Part shown: positions 14,030 to 26,823 of the stretch, piece by piece | Layout of the letters: each line of letters opens with the position of its first letter | How positions within the stretch are numbered: position 1 is the stretch's first letter | Assembly (NCBI GenBank): GCA_964016885.1 | Contig: OZ024740.1 | Span: 91,636,001 to 91,700,000, forward strand | Direction of reading: 5' to 3' | DNA: 64,000 bases | Source of the DNA: Eledone cirrhosa | Taxonomy: Eukaryota | The notes under the pieces: generated by a model | Database searches by the model: none | What the model was told of the DNA's origin: nothing | Seen by the model: the letters and a program-made list of their open reading frames with translations, nothing else | Made by a program: the position numbers and the translations under genes

Positions 14030-17000
14030 GGTCAAATTCGAGAATGACCTTTTCCAACTGGTCAAGAACATTAAAGTCAAACCCAGACACAATCGATTCC
14101 TACAAAAACTCCGTAGCAACTTAACAGAGTATGATAACACCAACGACATCATGGTGCACTCGGATAAAACTGGTAACCTCTACTTTGTCAACCCCGACAG
14201 ATACCACACACTGATCAGGAGCAGCCTAAACTCCACCTATAAAAAGGCTAACCACTCGTACATTGAGGACATACATCGAGATGGACAACAAATTACCTCC
14301 AGCATCGGGGTCGCCGACAGCACGGAACCCCTAGACCCACGGACACCCTACTTCACACTGAAGGACCACAAATCCGATTTCGACCGCAAACCCTCTATCA
14401 GGCTTATAAACCCAACGAAGTCCGACATAGGGAGAATCAGCTAAAACATCCTAGACCACGTGATACCAAAAGGTAAGCAACACGCCAGACTTAGACTATG
14501 GGTCAATACCCAGGAAGTGAACTCATGGTTCTGCAATATGGAGGGAAAACGAGACACTAAATTCATCCAGTTTGACATTGAGTATTACTATGCTTTAATC
14601 ACCTTAACGCTACTTACGGCTGCCTTGGACTTCGCCTAAACACTTCTGCCCATCACCGACCAGGAAAGAAACATCATCCTCCACGCCAGGAAGACAGTCT
14701 TTCTATTCGACAACTCCAATGGATAGAGAGAGCTCCCGACTCACCCTTCGACGTCAGCATGGGCGCGACTGATTCGGCTGAGGTCACAGAATTTATAGGA
14801 TTATTCCTAATAGCCAAACACACCGATCTGTATCCTGCATTCGGCGGTGGATTGTACCGTGATGATGGGCTCCTTACCCTTAAAGGGTACAACCCCAGTA
14901 GTACAGATCGGGTCCGAAAACAATTAATCAGCTTCTTCCGTGACTGGGGATTTTAAATAACCCTACAAACGTACCTGACCCGATTTAACTTCCTGGGTTT
15001 TACTCTTGACCTCGATAATGATCTGTACTACACATACAGGAAACCTAACGACAACCTGCACACCAGCACCGCCGGTCAAACCATCCTAGCAACATCACCA
15101 ATAACCTGGTTAAAAACATCTCCCTCCGCATATTTCGTTTGTCAGCTAATGAGCAGATATTCGAGGAACATGCGCCTTACTACAACCAGGCCCTCAAGTG
15201 GAGTGGTTTCGGGGAGGAGACATCCTACTGTCCAGCTTGCATTAGCGGAACCAGCAGGCGACACCGCCGCTTACGCAACGTAACATGGGTCAATCCTCCC
15301 CACAACGTCGAGGTCACAACTCCTATCGGGAAAATCTTCTTTAGGCTCATTGAAAAATACTTCCCACTACTACACCGCTACCACAACATAATTAACAAAA
15401 ATACCATCAAACTCTCTTACAGCACCACACCAAACTTTGCACAAAACATGGTCTCCTCTAACAACGAAAAACTCAACCCCCATGGTAGAAATAACCGAAA
15501 TAGCAGTGGAGAGCCGACCAGGAGGGGCAACTGTTCTGATGGATCCATTTTCTACCTCGACAACTGATGCAGAGATCGTAATGTGATCTACCAGTGCAAC
15601 GAGAGGACTGACACCTCCAACAAAGCCTATATAGGATTAACCGCATGTGACTTCAAGACCCGGCTATACCAACACAGACTTACCTTCCGAAACCCGGCCC
15701 GGCATCACGCCACTACACTTTCGGGCCACATATGGGACCTCAAGGATAACAACATTTCCTATGATCTCACTTGGAGCTTACTGCCCAGAACCAACTCTTA
15801 CACGGGGAGACGCCGTCCGTGCAATTTATGCTCGGAGGAACATTTACAAATGCTGTTCTCGACGGACCAACTCCTAAACAAAGAAGATGAACTGGTAACT
15901 GCATGTAAACACCTATTGCGTAAGACTTACCTCACCCTCAAACCCCATAGTGTCCCGGGGGGAGGGTAGACTAGGGTTATAACACCCCACTTGCCGATTT
16001 TGTATCGGGTAACCCCTGCTTGCAAAGGTAGACCTAATATCTTCTATATCTTTTTATCACTTGCTCTATATTTCCTTCTTCCCCCCATCCCTCCCTAGTC
16101 CTTCCACCCCAGTCCTCTTTCTTTGTCGTCGTCCTTTTACTTTCTCGCCCACCAGAGGCAGCCCCTCGGTCCCTTAGCCTCAGTACCACCACCCCCTTCT
16201 CCTAATAAATGATAGATTTGACCGACTCCGCTTTTTATAGCAGATGTGCTAAACCCGAATACTAGTCTTCTTATCCGATGGCCGCACCTTTTCCGTGCTT
16301 TCTATATTTCTTAGTGTTATCTTTGCTTTAATTTAACGTATATCAGTATTTATTTATTTTTTATTAATTTTTTTAATATTTTTTTTTTTGTGGTTGATTC
16401 TGAATTACTTTTCCGTATCAAATTTTACATATACTTCGTACAAGCATTTATGTAGTTTGCACTAGAATTTTTGTAGCGTGGCGGCACCCATAGAGATAGT
16501 ATTAGTATCCTTTTCGTTTTGTGTTTGCACTGGGTGGTTGCTGGTCTTGTGCCTGGGGTAGAAACCTTTATTTCGTACCGGTCTCGGGACTCTTACTTAT
16601 TATTTCGTGGTAGTTTCTTTAGTATGTTGGTCCCCCACTTGTTGACCCGTCACCGTAAGATATATTCGGTTGTTTACTTATACCTCTTAAAAGGGTCTCA
16701 TTATAATTTCGTCCCACCTAGTAAACCTTTCTTTAGTCTAGCAGTACCAGTGAGAGACTTGATAGCGGTCCTATAGTAACCAGAAATTGTTTTTTTCTTT
16801 ACACTTAATTGTTTTTTAACACTCACGGTATTTTCTATTTATTTACCCCATATTGTTTTACTTATTGTTGCGACTTCCTCACCCTCCCCCGCTAGTATCT
16901 TCTTTGACCTCCTGTCCAGCCGTAGTTGGCACCATAAACGCACGCCTGGGTTTCTTCCAATCCCGCTCCCTCTTTCTTCTACTGGTAGGTTCAGCTACCC

Positions 17001-17283
17001 CTTCCCTCCACAAATTGCCATGATAGAATTATTATGTCTCAACAACAAACTTTTGACCAATCCTTATGACAATCACTTCTACCATATATGGAATTACCCC
17101 CTGAGAAGCTCGGCTATTCAAATACCAGGATAAAAATGTTCATTTAGTCCAGAATTAACCGTCGAAATGGCTTGAACTCAACCGTCGGGGTCCTACTTGT
17201 TCCTATTACCCACTCTACTACCCTAAGTATTGAGTACTTTGGTGCGTTATGATCCACCTGGTTCCTTACCACATTTCCTTCGT
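14030..17283 (+). mobile_element. Decayed Penelope-like element (YRDD-type RT + GIY-YIG) with ~1.3-kb 3' UTR/pLTR
   Basis: ORF remnants: SDKTGNLY, TLKDHK..RLINPTKSDIGRIS, MGATDSAEV...GLYRDDGL, VIYQC...KAYIGLT...FKTRLYQH, CNLCSEE. Contains stops and frameshifts. Ends at (TA)n. Confidence 0.92.
17096..17191 (+). ncRNA. Decayed hammerhead ribozyme in PLE pLTR
   Basis: ACCCC-CTGAGAA-(GCTCGGCTATTC...GAATTAACCGTC)-GAAA-TGGCTTGAACTCAACCG-TC-GGGGT. Stem I is perfect, stem III is near-palindromic, and the core is mutated. Confidence 0.65.
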
Positions 17284-17317
<34 letters not shown>

Positions 17318-17680
17318 AAACATGAGAAGAAAGAATACTGCGTGGTTGCACAGGGGTTACATATGATGAAAATAGTCCTTCGTCACTGATTTTCCAACCT
17401 TCATTTGTATGCATCTTTTTAAAAATCATATACCTCCAGTTGGTGCGAGCAATAGCTAACTAAAGCTATTGGGACAAGTAAATCGCGTAAAGCGAGCGAG
17501 AGAAGTAAACAAATATAGAAGGATGATAGCAACGCAAAGATAGGAACAACAAGCACATGGGAATCCGGTCAGCTTAAGCTGGGTGGATTTCATGAGCAAG
17601 CGTGATACAAACCATCCGACGTGATTGAGATGTGATCTAGAAGAGAGTGTGCTCAAAAGGGCCACCCCTTATCAAAATAA
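17318..17680. repeat. Diverged copy of repeat family F (see 25252-26162)
   Basis: Shares CATATACCTCC.GTTGGTGCGAGCAA..GCTAA...TTGGGACA.GTAAAT and its flanks with 25252-25500. Confidence 0.7.
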
Positions 17681-18269
17681 CAGATATGAATGTAGATAAT
17701 GTTCCCAGGAACTTTTTAAAATAATGAAATCCAAGGATATCCTATTCAATAAGCGACAATAATCGTTATATCGTGCAAGCATAGAATTAGAAGAACTTTC
17801 AAATGTTATAAACCTAATTAATATACACTTTTATTTAACAAATTATTATAATTATTTTTTAAAAAATTTAGTTAACCTATAATTAGTAATTTACTACTGA
17901 GAACTTCATAATTTTATTTCCCTTTTACAGCTATCTTTTCCTAAAATGAATACCTATAAGTGTACATATAAACTATTTTAATTTCCTGTTATGAAACTAA
18001 ATTCGTTGTAGTCTATATAAGTTTGATATTTCTCACTAATACATTTATCCCCAATTTTTTTCCGTCCTTTAAACATCCTTTAATAGCATCTAACTCATAT
18101 TTATTACATCTATATCAATTAATATAAATTTATCCCTATAAGTATACCTATCTATTAAATTAATTTAATTTCTTGTTATGCATCTAAATTCCTTGTGTTT
18201 TAAATAAGATTGGTATTTATCACTAACTGCATTTACGCTACTAACTCCATTTATACGACTGCTGCGATA

Positions 18270-21200
18270 GCTTCTGAAACATAGGTTGAAAGAACTACTC
18301 GGCTAGAAACAATTGCGCATCATGAATCGGTTCTGCTTGGTTCATCAAAGCCTACGAGGAATAGATGGGTTTTTAAAGACTTTTATTATGACCCCTCTGA
18401 AAATTATGCAGACCACAAAGATGTTGCTATTGGTCGTATGTCCAAAATCTGTCTACATTGTAAAGCACTAATTGGCCGAGATAGCCTGTTAGTCTATACT
18501 GCTTAAATGGAATGGTTTGTCTGCCGAACAGCCCTGAAACTCCACTGCCTTTAAAGTCCCTTCTTCTTGGTGAGCATCCATATTCTCAAGATTTCATGAA
18601 CCGAATACGGGCTTACCATTCTGCATTTCAAATGACAAGTTGTGTTCATAAGCCCATATCTTATGGAAACTTTAATCCCACTTTTGCCAATCGGTTCTCT
18701 TCTACCAACATATGCTTCTCATCATAATTGTCTTCAGATATACTTCATGGGACCAGAGAGGGAGCAAATTAGAAGTGACAGGAATCCTGTTGGGGAACAT
18801 CACCGCTGTTACAACCGACCCGACACAGGGTAGGTTGCTGTTTTGCTTTGCAATCCCAATGCAACTCTTTCCAAAATTGATATCATCCAAGAGTGGCAGG
18901 ACACCCGTGTTAAGAGGATCAATGAATTAAATCCAGCCTATGAAGCCCTTCCATACCCTTTACTCTTTCCCTATGGAGAGAATGGATACAGTCCTGATAT
19001 CCCTACTATTGTACGTACAACACAACAAGCAGCACAGTCTCCAAAGATGGTTTCCCAGATAAACTTCTACAGTTACAGATTGATAGTTAGAACGAACAAC
19101 TTCAATGGTCTTCACAGAGAAGGGGCTCTTCTGAATCAGTATGGTGTGGATATGTATGCTAAGGTAGGAGTAACTCCCCTTTGAGTCACGTGTACCTATA
19201 ATTTGTATTAACATCTTTGCATAACCATCCTATTCCTTACCCTTGCAGATTGACTCGGAACGACATTTTTGGATTCGCCATAATCAAAAGCAGCTCCGTG
19301 TAGATGAATATGCCAAGTTTCGAGAGGAGGTTAATAGCAATGACAATGTAACTGCTTCTGAGGTTGATATTTGAATCCTCCTACCATCGTCATATACAGG
19401 CGGCCCGAGGTATATGCATGAAAAAATGCATTACGCTCACAAATACGTTCGTCTTTACAACCACCCTGATCTTTTCATAACGTTCACATGCAACCCTAAA
19501 TGGGAGAACATCCAAATGAGCTTACTTCCGGGCCAACGACCAACAGATTGCCATGACATCACCGCTCGCGTTTTTCATCTTAAAGTTCGTAAAATGATTG
19601 ATTTGTTTAAATGTAGTGACATTTTCGGGCCGATCAAATATTTTGTATATACTGTTGAATGGCAAAAGCCTGGTTTAACTCAAGCCCACATCTTACTCTG
19701 GCTACAAATCAAACTTCGACCTTCTGACCTGGACACAGTCATAAGTGCAGAATTTTCAAATCCCAATGAAGACACCAGTTGTACGAGATCATTCGAACAC
19801 ATATGGTTCATGGGTCATTTCGGCACTTTAATTCTACGTCTTCATGCATGGCAAACGGAAAATGCACTAAGAAATATCCACGAAAGATTTTGGCTGTGAC
19901 GATCACAGGTAACGACGGTTCCCGATTATATCGCAGAAGAGCTCCAGGACATGGCGGTTTCACAGCAACAATCAAACATGGATCGAACCGAGAATTTACA
20001 ATCGACAATCAATGAGTTGTTCCGCATAACATGATGATATGCAAGACATTTAATGCGCATATTAACGTTGAATATTGTAACTCAGTTAAATATATACGTT
20101 ACATTTGCAAATACGTCAATAAGCGGTCCGATAGAGCCTTCTTTCAAGTGGCACAAACAGGAACAGCAGCTGAACCAACAGATGAATTAACACTCTTTCA
20201 AATAGGGCGTTATATCTCAACCAATTATGCCGTTTGGTGAACGTTTGGTTTCCCTATACACGAGCGATACCCCTGTTCAACATCTCAGTGATCACTTAGA
20301 GGACAAGCAGAGAGTTTACTTCACTGAAGAAAACTTACGTCAACAGGTTCTTGCCTCACGTAGGACAACTTTGACTGCATTTTTCGAACTCTGTACGGTT
20401 GACACCTACTCAAAACTCTTCTGTTTGTTGATGTTCCTCATTATTATTCTTGGAACCACTCAACTTGCTTATGGCAAAGGAGAAAACAGAACCGACATAT
20501 CGATTCAGATCAGGCCATTTTTTAAAGTGACACAATAGGACGCGTCTATACTGTTCATCCTTTGAACATCGAATGCTTCCATCTTCGACTGCTGCTTCAC
20601 GCTGTACGTGGACCAACATCTTTGCAGCCCTTCGCACAGTGGACGGTCAATTATGCAAGACATTCAAGGAGGCTTGCTTTAAATGGCGACTCATCGATAC
20701 GGACAACCATTATGAGAATACACTTTAGGAAGCGTCTCTCCGTGGATCTCCGTCAAAGCTTCGGCATATATTAGCCATTATGCTGGCTTTCTGCAACTTT
20801 GTAAACTCGCCTTTGTTGTGGAATAAATACAGGGACCACATGTGCCACGATATATGGATTCAAAACTGTCAAGCTACAGAAAATGCCACCACTGCTTTTA
20901 CCCCCTCGATGTATAACGCTGGTCTAATTATCTTGGATGACTTAGTAGTGGCAATTGGAGGCCAACGTTTGGAGGCATACTGCTTCCCTTCTCTGGATAG
21001 AAACCAAGAGCAAACTTTTAATTGACTCCTCCTTAGAAAAACCAACTACGACAAAACCAAGCTTCGACAATACGTAGCTGTCAACGAGCCTCTCCTTAAT
21101 CCAGATCAATAATCTGCATACAAATCCGTTCTATACAAGGTATACAGCAATACTGGCGGGATTATCTTCATAGATGCACCTGGAGGGGCCGTTAAAACAT

Positions 21201-22839
21201 TTATGCTTAATCTTATTCTTGCCAAGGTAAAGCAGAATGGCGACATTACACTTGCTGTTGCCTCTTCAGGTATAGTTCCGACTCCTTTAGAAGGTGGCGC
21301 ACAGCACACTCGACCTTCAAGCTGCCACTGAACGTCGTCCATCAAGAGAATCCCATCTGCAATATCTCACAGAGTTCTGACGAAGCTGCTCTGTTGAAAA
21401 GCTGTAAATTAATTGTGTGGGATGAGGCAACCATGTCCCATAAAGGCACTCTTCAGGCACCTGATGCCGCAATGAAAGATCTTAGATCTAATGACAATAT
21501 ATTTTTTAGAGGAGCCACTCTTCTTCTCGCAGGTGACTTCAGAAAGACACTTCCCGTGGTACCAAATGGATCACCTTCTGATGAAGTGGTCGCCTGCTTA
21601 AAAAAAGTCCTCTATTTGGTAGTTTGTTCAGGTACAAAATCTAACAATTAATATGCGATCGCTATTACGAACTAGCCGTCCGTCTACGCCATTTTCCACT
21701 CAACCTCTCCAAATCGGTGATGGTCAACTTGAGTCCGAAGATAATGGATACATTGACACTGATACCATTGACCGTTCAGTCTTAACTCCCGATGACTTAT
21801 GTTCTTCAGTTTATCCAAATCTTTCAACTGAATTCATGAATCCTGATTTGTTTTGTGAGAGGGCTATTCTTGCACCCACAAATGCTGCTGTTAAGCTGAT
21901 CAATCACGAAATACTTGGTCAGTTGCCCTCTGTTCAACGTTGTTACAACTCAGTTGACACTGTTACAGAGTTTGATCAAGTGACCAACTTCCCAACAGAG
22001 TTTCTTAACTCTCAGGATCCCCCAGGACTACCTCCTCACTAGTTGTATCTGAAAGTTGGCGCTCCTGTTATCCTGCTACGTAATGTAAGCCCTCCAACTT
22101 TCTTTGTAATGGATCAAGACTGGTGGCAAAGCAACTGATGAACCTTGTAATAGGAGGCAGAAATAATCACAGGACCCGGGCGAAATGAATCTGTTTTTAT
22201 TCCCAAAATTCCTTTTACCTCTACTGATTGTCCATTTCCCATGAAAAGGTTACGATTCACACTCAATATTAGTTTTGCAATGGCCATAAACAAATCTCAA
22301 GGGCAATCTCTTAAAGTTGTTGGTCTGGATCTTCGAACCCATAGCTTTTCACATGGTTAGGTTTACGTTGGCTGTTCTCGTGTTGGTAATCCTGGCAACC
22401 TATTTATTTATTCTCCTGAGGGGGAAACCAAAAATGTTGTGTATAAATCTTCTCTTCAATAATCCAAAATACAATGAGTGCTCCCACCCAACATCCACCG
22501 CTTTGTATAACGATGTGTTCATCCATCAGTTACCCACTGTTCTGTCCAATGTGTATTGTTGTTCCAACCTATGTACATAATAGTGTCTGTTATTAACTTC
22601 ACTTCCCTATTTCATGATGCGCTTTTACTCTGGACATTCATAGACTGTATCTCTGTTGTTACATGGTATAACGGATGACACCGAGCTCACATATAAATTA
22701 TTTCAGTGGAATAGTGCCTAAGGTTTTCATGTTTACATAAAGTACGTTTTTCTTCTATGTATTCAAATTTACTTCGTTTAGTTTAATGAGCTAATTCGAA
22801 AGCTACTTGAACCGTCCAAAGGACGGGTAGTTTAGTTAG
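18270..22839 (+). mobile_element. Decayed autonomous-type Helitron (Rep HUH/Y2 + PIF1 helicase); 5' end not defined
   Basis: Rep motifs HPDLFITFTCNPKW, VEWQKPGLTQAHILLW and KYIRYICKYVNK. Helicase motifs IDAPGGAVKTF, IVWDEATM, AGDFRKTLPVV, RAILAPTN, AINKSQGQSL and FSHG.VYVGCSRV. 3' hairpin CCGTCC-AAA-GGACGG (22812-22826) followed by TTAG|T. Confidence 0.93.
19164..19248 (+). other. 85-nt GT-AG intron in the Helitron RepHel gene
   Basis: AAG|GTAGGA...CCTTACCCTTGCAG|ATT. Splicing joins VDMYAK to IDSERHFWIRHNQKQLR, restoring a conserved Helitron motif. Confidence 0.75.
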
Positions 22840-22847
22840 TATATATG

Positions 22848-22980
<133 letters not shown>

Positions 22981-23105
22981 GGGTGTGCGTATGTGTGTGC
23001 GTATTTATATATATTTTTTTTATTTGTGTGTGTGAGTATATATCTTCATTTCCACGTTTTTCTACGCTACTTTATGACAATAACATAGTCATTCAAATAA
23101 ATAAT

Positions 23106-23220
23106 TGTTTCTACATTTGGCACAAGGCCAGCCATTACCCAGTGCATTACTGGTACTTTATTTTATCGACCCGTAAGGATGAAAGGCAAAGTTAACCACG
23201 GCGGGATTTGAACTCGGCGG
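23106..23220 (-). mobile_element. SINE S1 truncated copy with 18-bp TSD
   Basis: GTCATTCAAATAAATAAT at 23088-23105 and 23221-23238. Confidence 0.85.
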
Positions 23221-23275
23221 GTCATTCAAATAAATAATGAGCGAAGATGAGATAAGGTTGAACAATGTTTTAGAA

Positions 23276-23781
23276 CGTGCACGGAAAGTTTCCAGTTGGA
23301 TAATGGCTGGGCGGAAGTTTGCCAGGCGGAAAATTGCTCGTTGGGGAGAATTGCCATTGAGAAAATTGCCAGTGAGGAATATTACCAGTGCTTTAGATTT
23401 TACTTAAGGATTTGAATCTATTTATCTGACAGTGCGTTGGAATGTGTGTGTCTGTATGAGTGTGTGTGTATGTGTGTCAGTGTGTGTGTGTCAGCGTGTG
23501 TGTCAGAGTGTGTGTCACTGTTTGTGTGTCAGTGCGTGTGCGTGTAAGTGTTTGTCAGTATGTGTGTATGCGTGCGTATCAGTGTATGTGTGTATGTATG
23601 CGTGTGTCAATGTGTGTGTCAGTGTGTGTGTTTCAGTGTTTGTGTTCATCTGTGTGTTCGTGTGTATGTGTCAGTGTGTGTGTGTCTTTTAATTTCTCAA
23701 AGTCAATTTTCTACACGGGCAATTATCCACCCGGCAATCTTCCTCTTGACAATTTTCCAAATGGGGATTTTCCTAGAACCG
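23276..23781. mobile_element. MULE-like MITE with inverted subterminal ~15-bp repeats and an internal (TG)-rich minisatellite
   Basis: Left arm has GGAAAATTGCC-type repeats and the right arm has inverted GGCAATT.TCC-type repeats. TIRs are imperfect. 8-9-bp TSD (G)TTTTAGAA at 23268-23275 and 23782-23789. Confidence 0.65.
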
Positions 23782-24935
23782 TTTTAGAAATATCTCCACG
23801 GAATGGTATGAGAGAAGCCATCCTTGTAAAGATTAAAATAGCAAAACGACGCCTTAATTCATTGTGAATAAATATTATTCTCCACTCAGTTGAATCTTTT
23901 TTATACATCGAGAACAATCTCATTTCAAATCATAACCTCCTCAGTTTTCTTCAGAGTATTCCTCCGTCATATATATATTGTATGAGTGTAGATATTACAC
24001 CAAAACCAAGTTTGAAATTAATTTTGTTTAAAAGGTATATTTTTTAAAATATATTGTTCTTTAAAAAATACTTAAATTACATCATGTTTAAAGGGAAATT
24101 CCATATTAACAGATTGTATGCTACATTTCAAAATTGTAGTCATTCAGAATTTTAAGTTTGTCAGAGGCACGAACTTCGAATTATGAAATATTCGTTTGGT
24201 ATTTCACATGATAAAGATAACATGGACTTAATTAAATCATATTTATTGTTTGGTTGATATTCGAGCAATAATAATCACTAATGATCAATTCAATCTTAAC
24301 GTGAATAAAAGTTTAAAATTTCATAGGAAAAGTTGCTCAGTATCAGGTCATTTTTTTTTCCTGTGGAATATGGTGAGATCGATCTATTGTATTCAGACCA
24401 ATAATATGGAGTTGCATAATTACAATCGAATCATGAGAATATCGATTCATGATGATCAATCACCCTTATAAATCGATCGTATACCAATAAACTAATTGAT
24501 TTTCTTGTTTCATCATATATATGTAAGATTTATTGTAAGAAGGTATTCATCATTTATTGAATGTTTACGTGTCTACGTGTTTATAAGAACGTTTCAGATT
24601 ATATATCGTCGAGTTGATTTTATATAATGAATGCATTTTTCCTTTAATTCTCAGTTACAATACGCAAAAACTAAACATGTGCGTCTGTATGTTGTACACA
24701 ACTTTGGTAAATATAATGTTATTCCACATCTCATATTGCTACACACATACAAACAAACATAAAAACATATAGATATATATTTATATATGGTATTATTTGT
24801 GTGTAGTATCGTGTGCCCTAACTCTACACGTCCATATTTCAATATTTGCCTATGTCTATCTTTCCTCGTCCGGCTTGTGGGCCGTTTAAACGCATGGCCC
24901 TAGGGGCACAGCCCCGGCTTGCTGTCCACCTCAGT

Positions 24936-25049
<114 letters not shown>

Positions 25050-25200
25050 ATATATATATGAGTGTGTACTACATTTGCAAATGGACCTATCCCGATTGAA
25101 CTAACTTCGAAAAAAATCTTTCTCAATATGAGAATATTTAATTCTACACAAAATCTCTAAAATTGTGATATATACATATATATATATATATATACATATA

Positions 25201-25251
<51 letters not shown>

Positions 25252-25259
<8 letters not shown>

Positions 25260-26155
25260 AAAGTTTGTCCTTTATCAGTGATGTTCCAACTATCATAGGT
25301 ATTTCATCGCTTTAAAGACCATATACCTCCGGTTGGTGCGAGCAACGGCTAAAAAAAAGTCGTTGGGACACGTAAATAAAGGGGACGCGAGGGTAAACAA
25401 ACAAAATGGTGAGGCAACAGAAAGTGAGGAAGGAGGAAACAAGTTCGGTGAAATCGTGAACGAGAGAATAAAGACCATCAAACCTGGTTGAAATGTGAGC
25501 AAGGAAGGAATTTCTCACAGGTCTAACGGGAGGAAGAAGGTGTCTGGTATGCGAATTCGGTAAACATAAGTTCTGTGAAATCGTAGACGCGAGAGAAAAA
25601 ATTCCGACCAGCTTGGCCGAGAATGTGAGAGAAAAGAGTTACTCACAGGTCAATCGGGAAGAAAGGGGAGGAGGAGGAGAGGCAGTGTCAGAGAATGAGT
25701 GAGTGAAGGGTGAGGTGAGGAAGAGGCTAACAGAGAGAGAGACTGCTAGAAAGGGTAAAGATACATAGAACGAAAAAGACGGTGTAGCAGCAGAGGAAAA
25801 AATATGTGTAAATATGATAATAAGGGCGCTGCGGAGTTGCAAATGGGTTTTGCTCACGTTTCAACCAGGTTTGATGGTCTTTATTCTCTCGTTCACGATT
25901 TCACCGAACTTAAATTCATAGAAATCTGGGACTTGTTTCCTCCTTCCTCACTTTCTGTTGCCTCACCATTTTGTTTGTTTACCCTCGCGTCCCCTTTATT
26001 TACGTGTCCCAACGACTTTTTTTAGCCGTTGCTCGCACCAACCGGAGGTATATGGTCTTTAAAGCGATGAAATACCTATGATAGTTGGAAGATCACTGAT
26101 GAAGGACAAACTTTTTTCATATGTAACCCATTTGCAACTCCGCAGTGCCCTTATT

Positions 26156-26162
<7 letters not shown>
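25252..26162. repeat. Repeat family F: one ~600-bp permuted unit plus an inverted partial copy (fold-back) in (TA)n
   Basis: 25252-25502 is the reverse complement of 25851-26121, and 25806-25850 of 26124-26165. Internal ~128-bp duplication in 25441-25670. Confidence 0.85.
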
Positions 26163-26204
<42 letters not shown>

Positions 26205-26317
26205 TTATTAAAATAACAGATTAATGTTTAAGCAAAGATTCGCTGCTTTTACCCTTAACGGGATCTTTGGATTTTAGTGTTCAAATTTATTATTATTACT
26301 AAATATATATATATATA

Positions 26318-26660
26318 AATGGAAGAGAATGAAACGAAATTTCATTTCTCACTCTTAGCACGGCACTTACTTAAATGTAAGTATGCATGTATGTATACGT
26401 ACATACATATATGTATACAGACGTACAGTAGTATTTATATATATATATACATACATGTACACATATATATATGCACGTATCGGTTTACCGAACATTTATT
26501 AAAATGCTCGGTTTGTTTGTTTTTGTAAACAAAAAAACAGTCCGAATTACGCCGTACAGTGTTTAGGCACCCACGTCACTTTTTTGTTCAACACTGACAC
26601 AGGAACGATGTACTAGTTTCAAGCTTATTAGCTATCGTCAGCATCGTATACCTTCCTGCC
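26318..26660 (-). repeat. HHR-bearing repeat family A, partial copy
   Basis: GAAACGAAATTTCATTTCTCACTCTTAG...internal TA tract...ACACTGACACAGGAACGATGTACTAGTTTC, shared with many other copies. Confidence 0.85.
26605..26647 (-). ncRNA. Minimal type I hammerhead ribozyme (family A), core intact
   Basis: ACGATG-CTGACGA-TAGCTAATAAGCTT-GAAA-CTAG-TA-CATCGT. Confidence 0.85.
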
Positions 26661-26709
26661 TATATATATATTTATAGGCAGGACGGTAAACGATATATAT
26701 TTATATATT

Positions 26710-26791
<82 letters not shown>

Positions 26792-26823
26792 TATATGTGT
26801 GTGTGTGTGTGCGTGTGTGTGTG

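Noticed and set aside
15564-15567. TGA next to Cys in the PLE zinc linker as selenocysteine
   Set aside because: It aligns with Asn, not Cys, in the related element at 50357-51196, and the copy has many decay stops.
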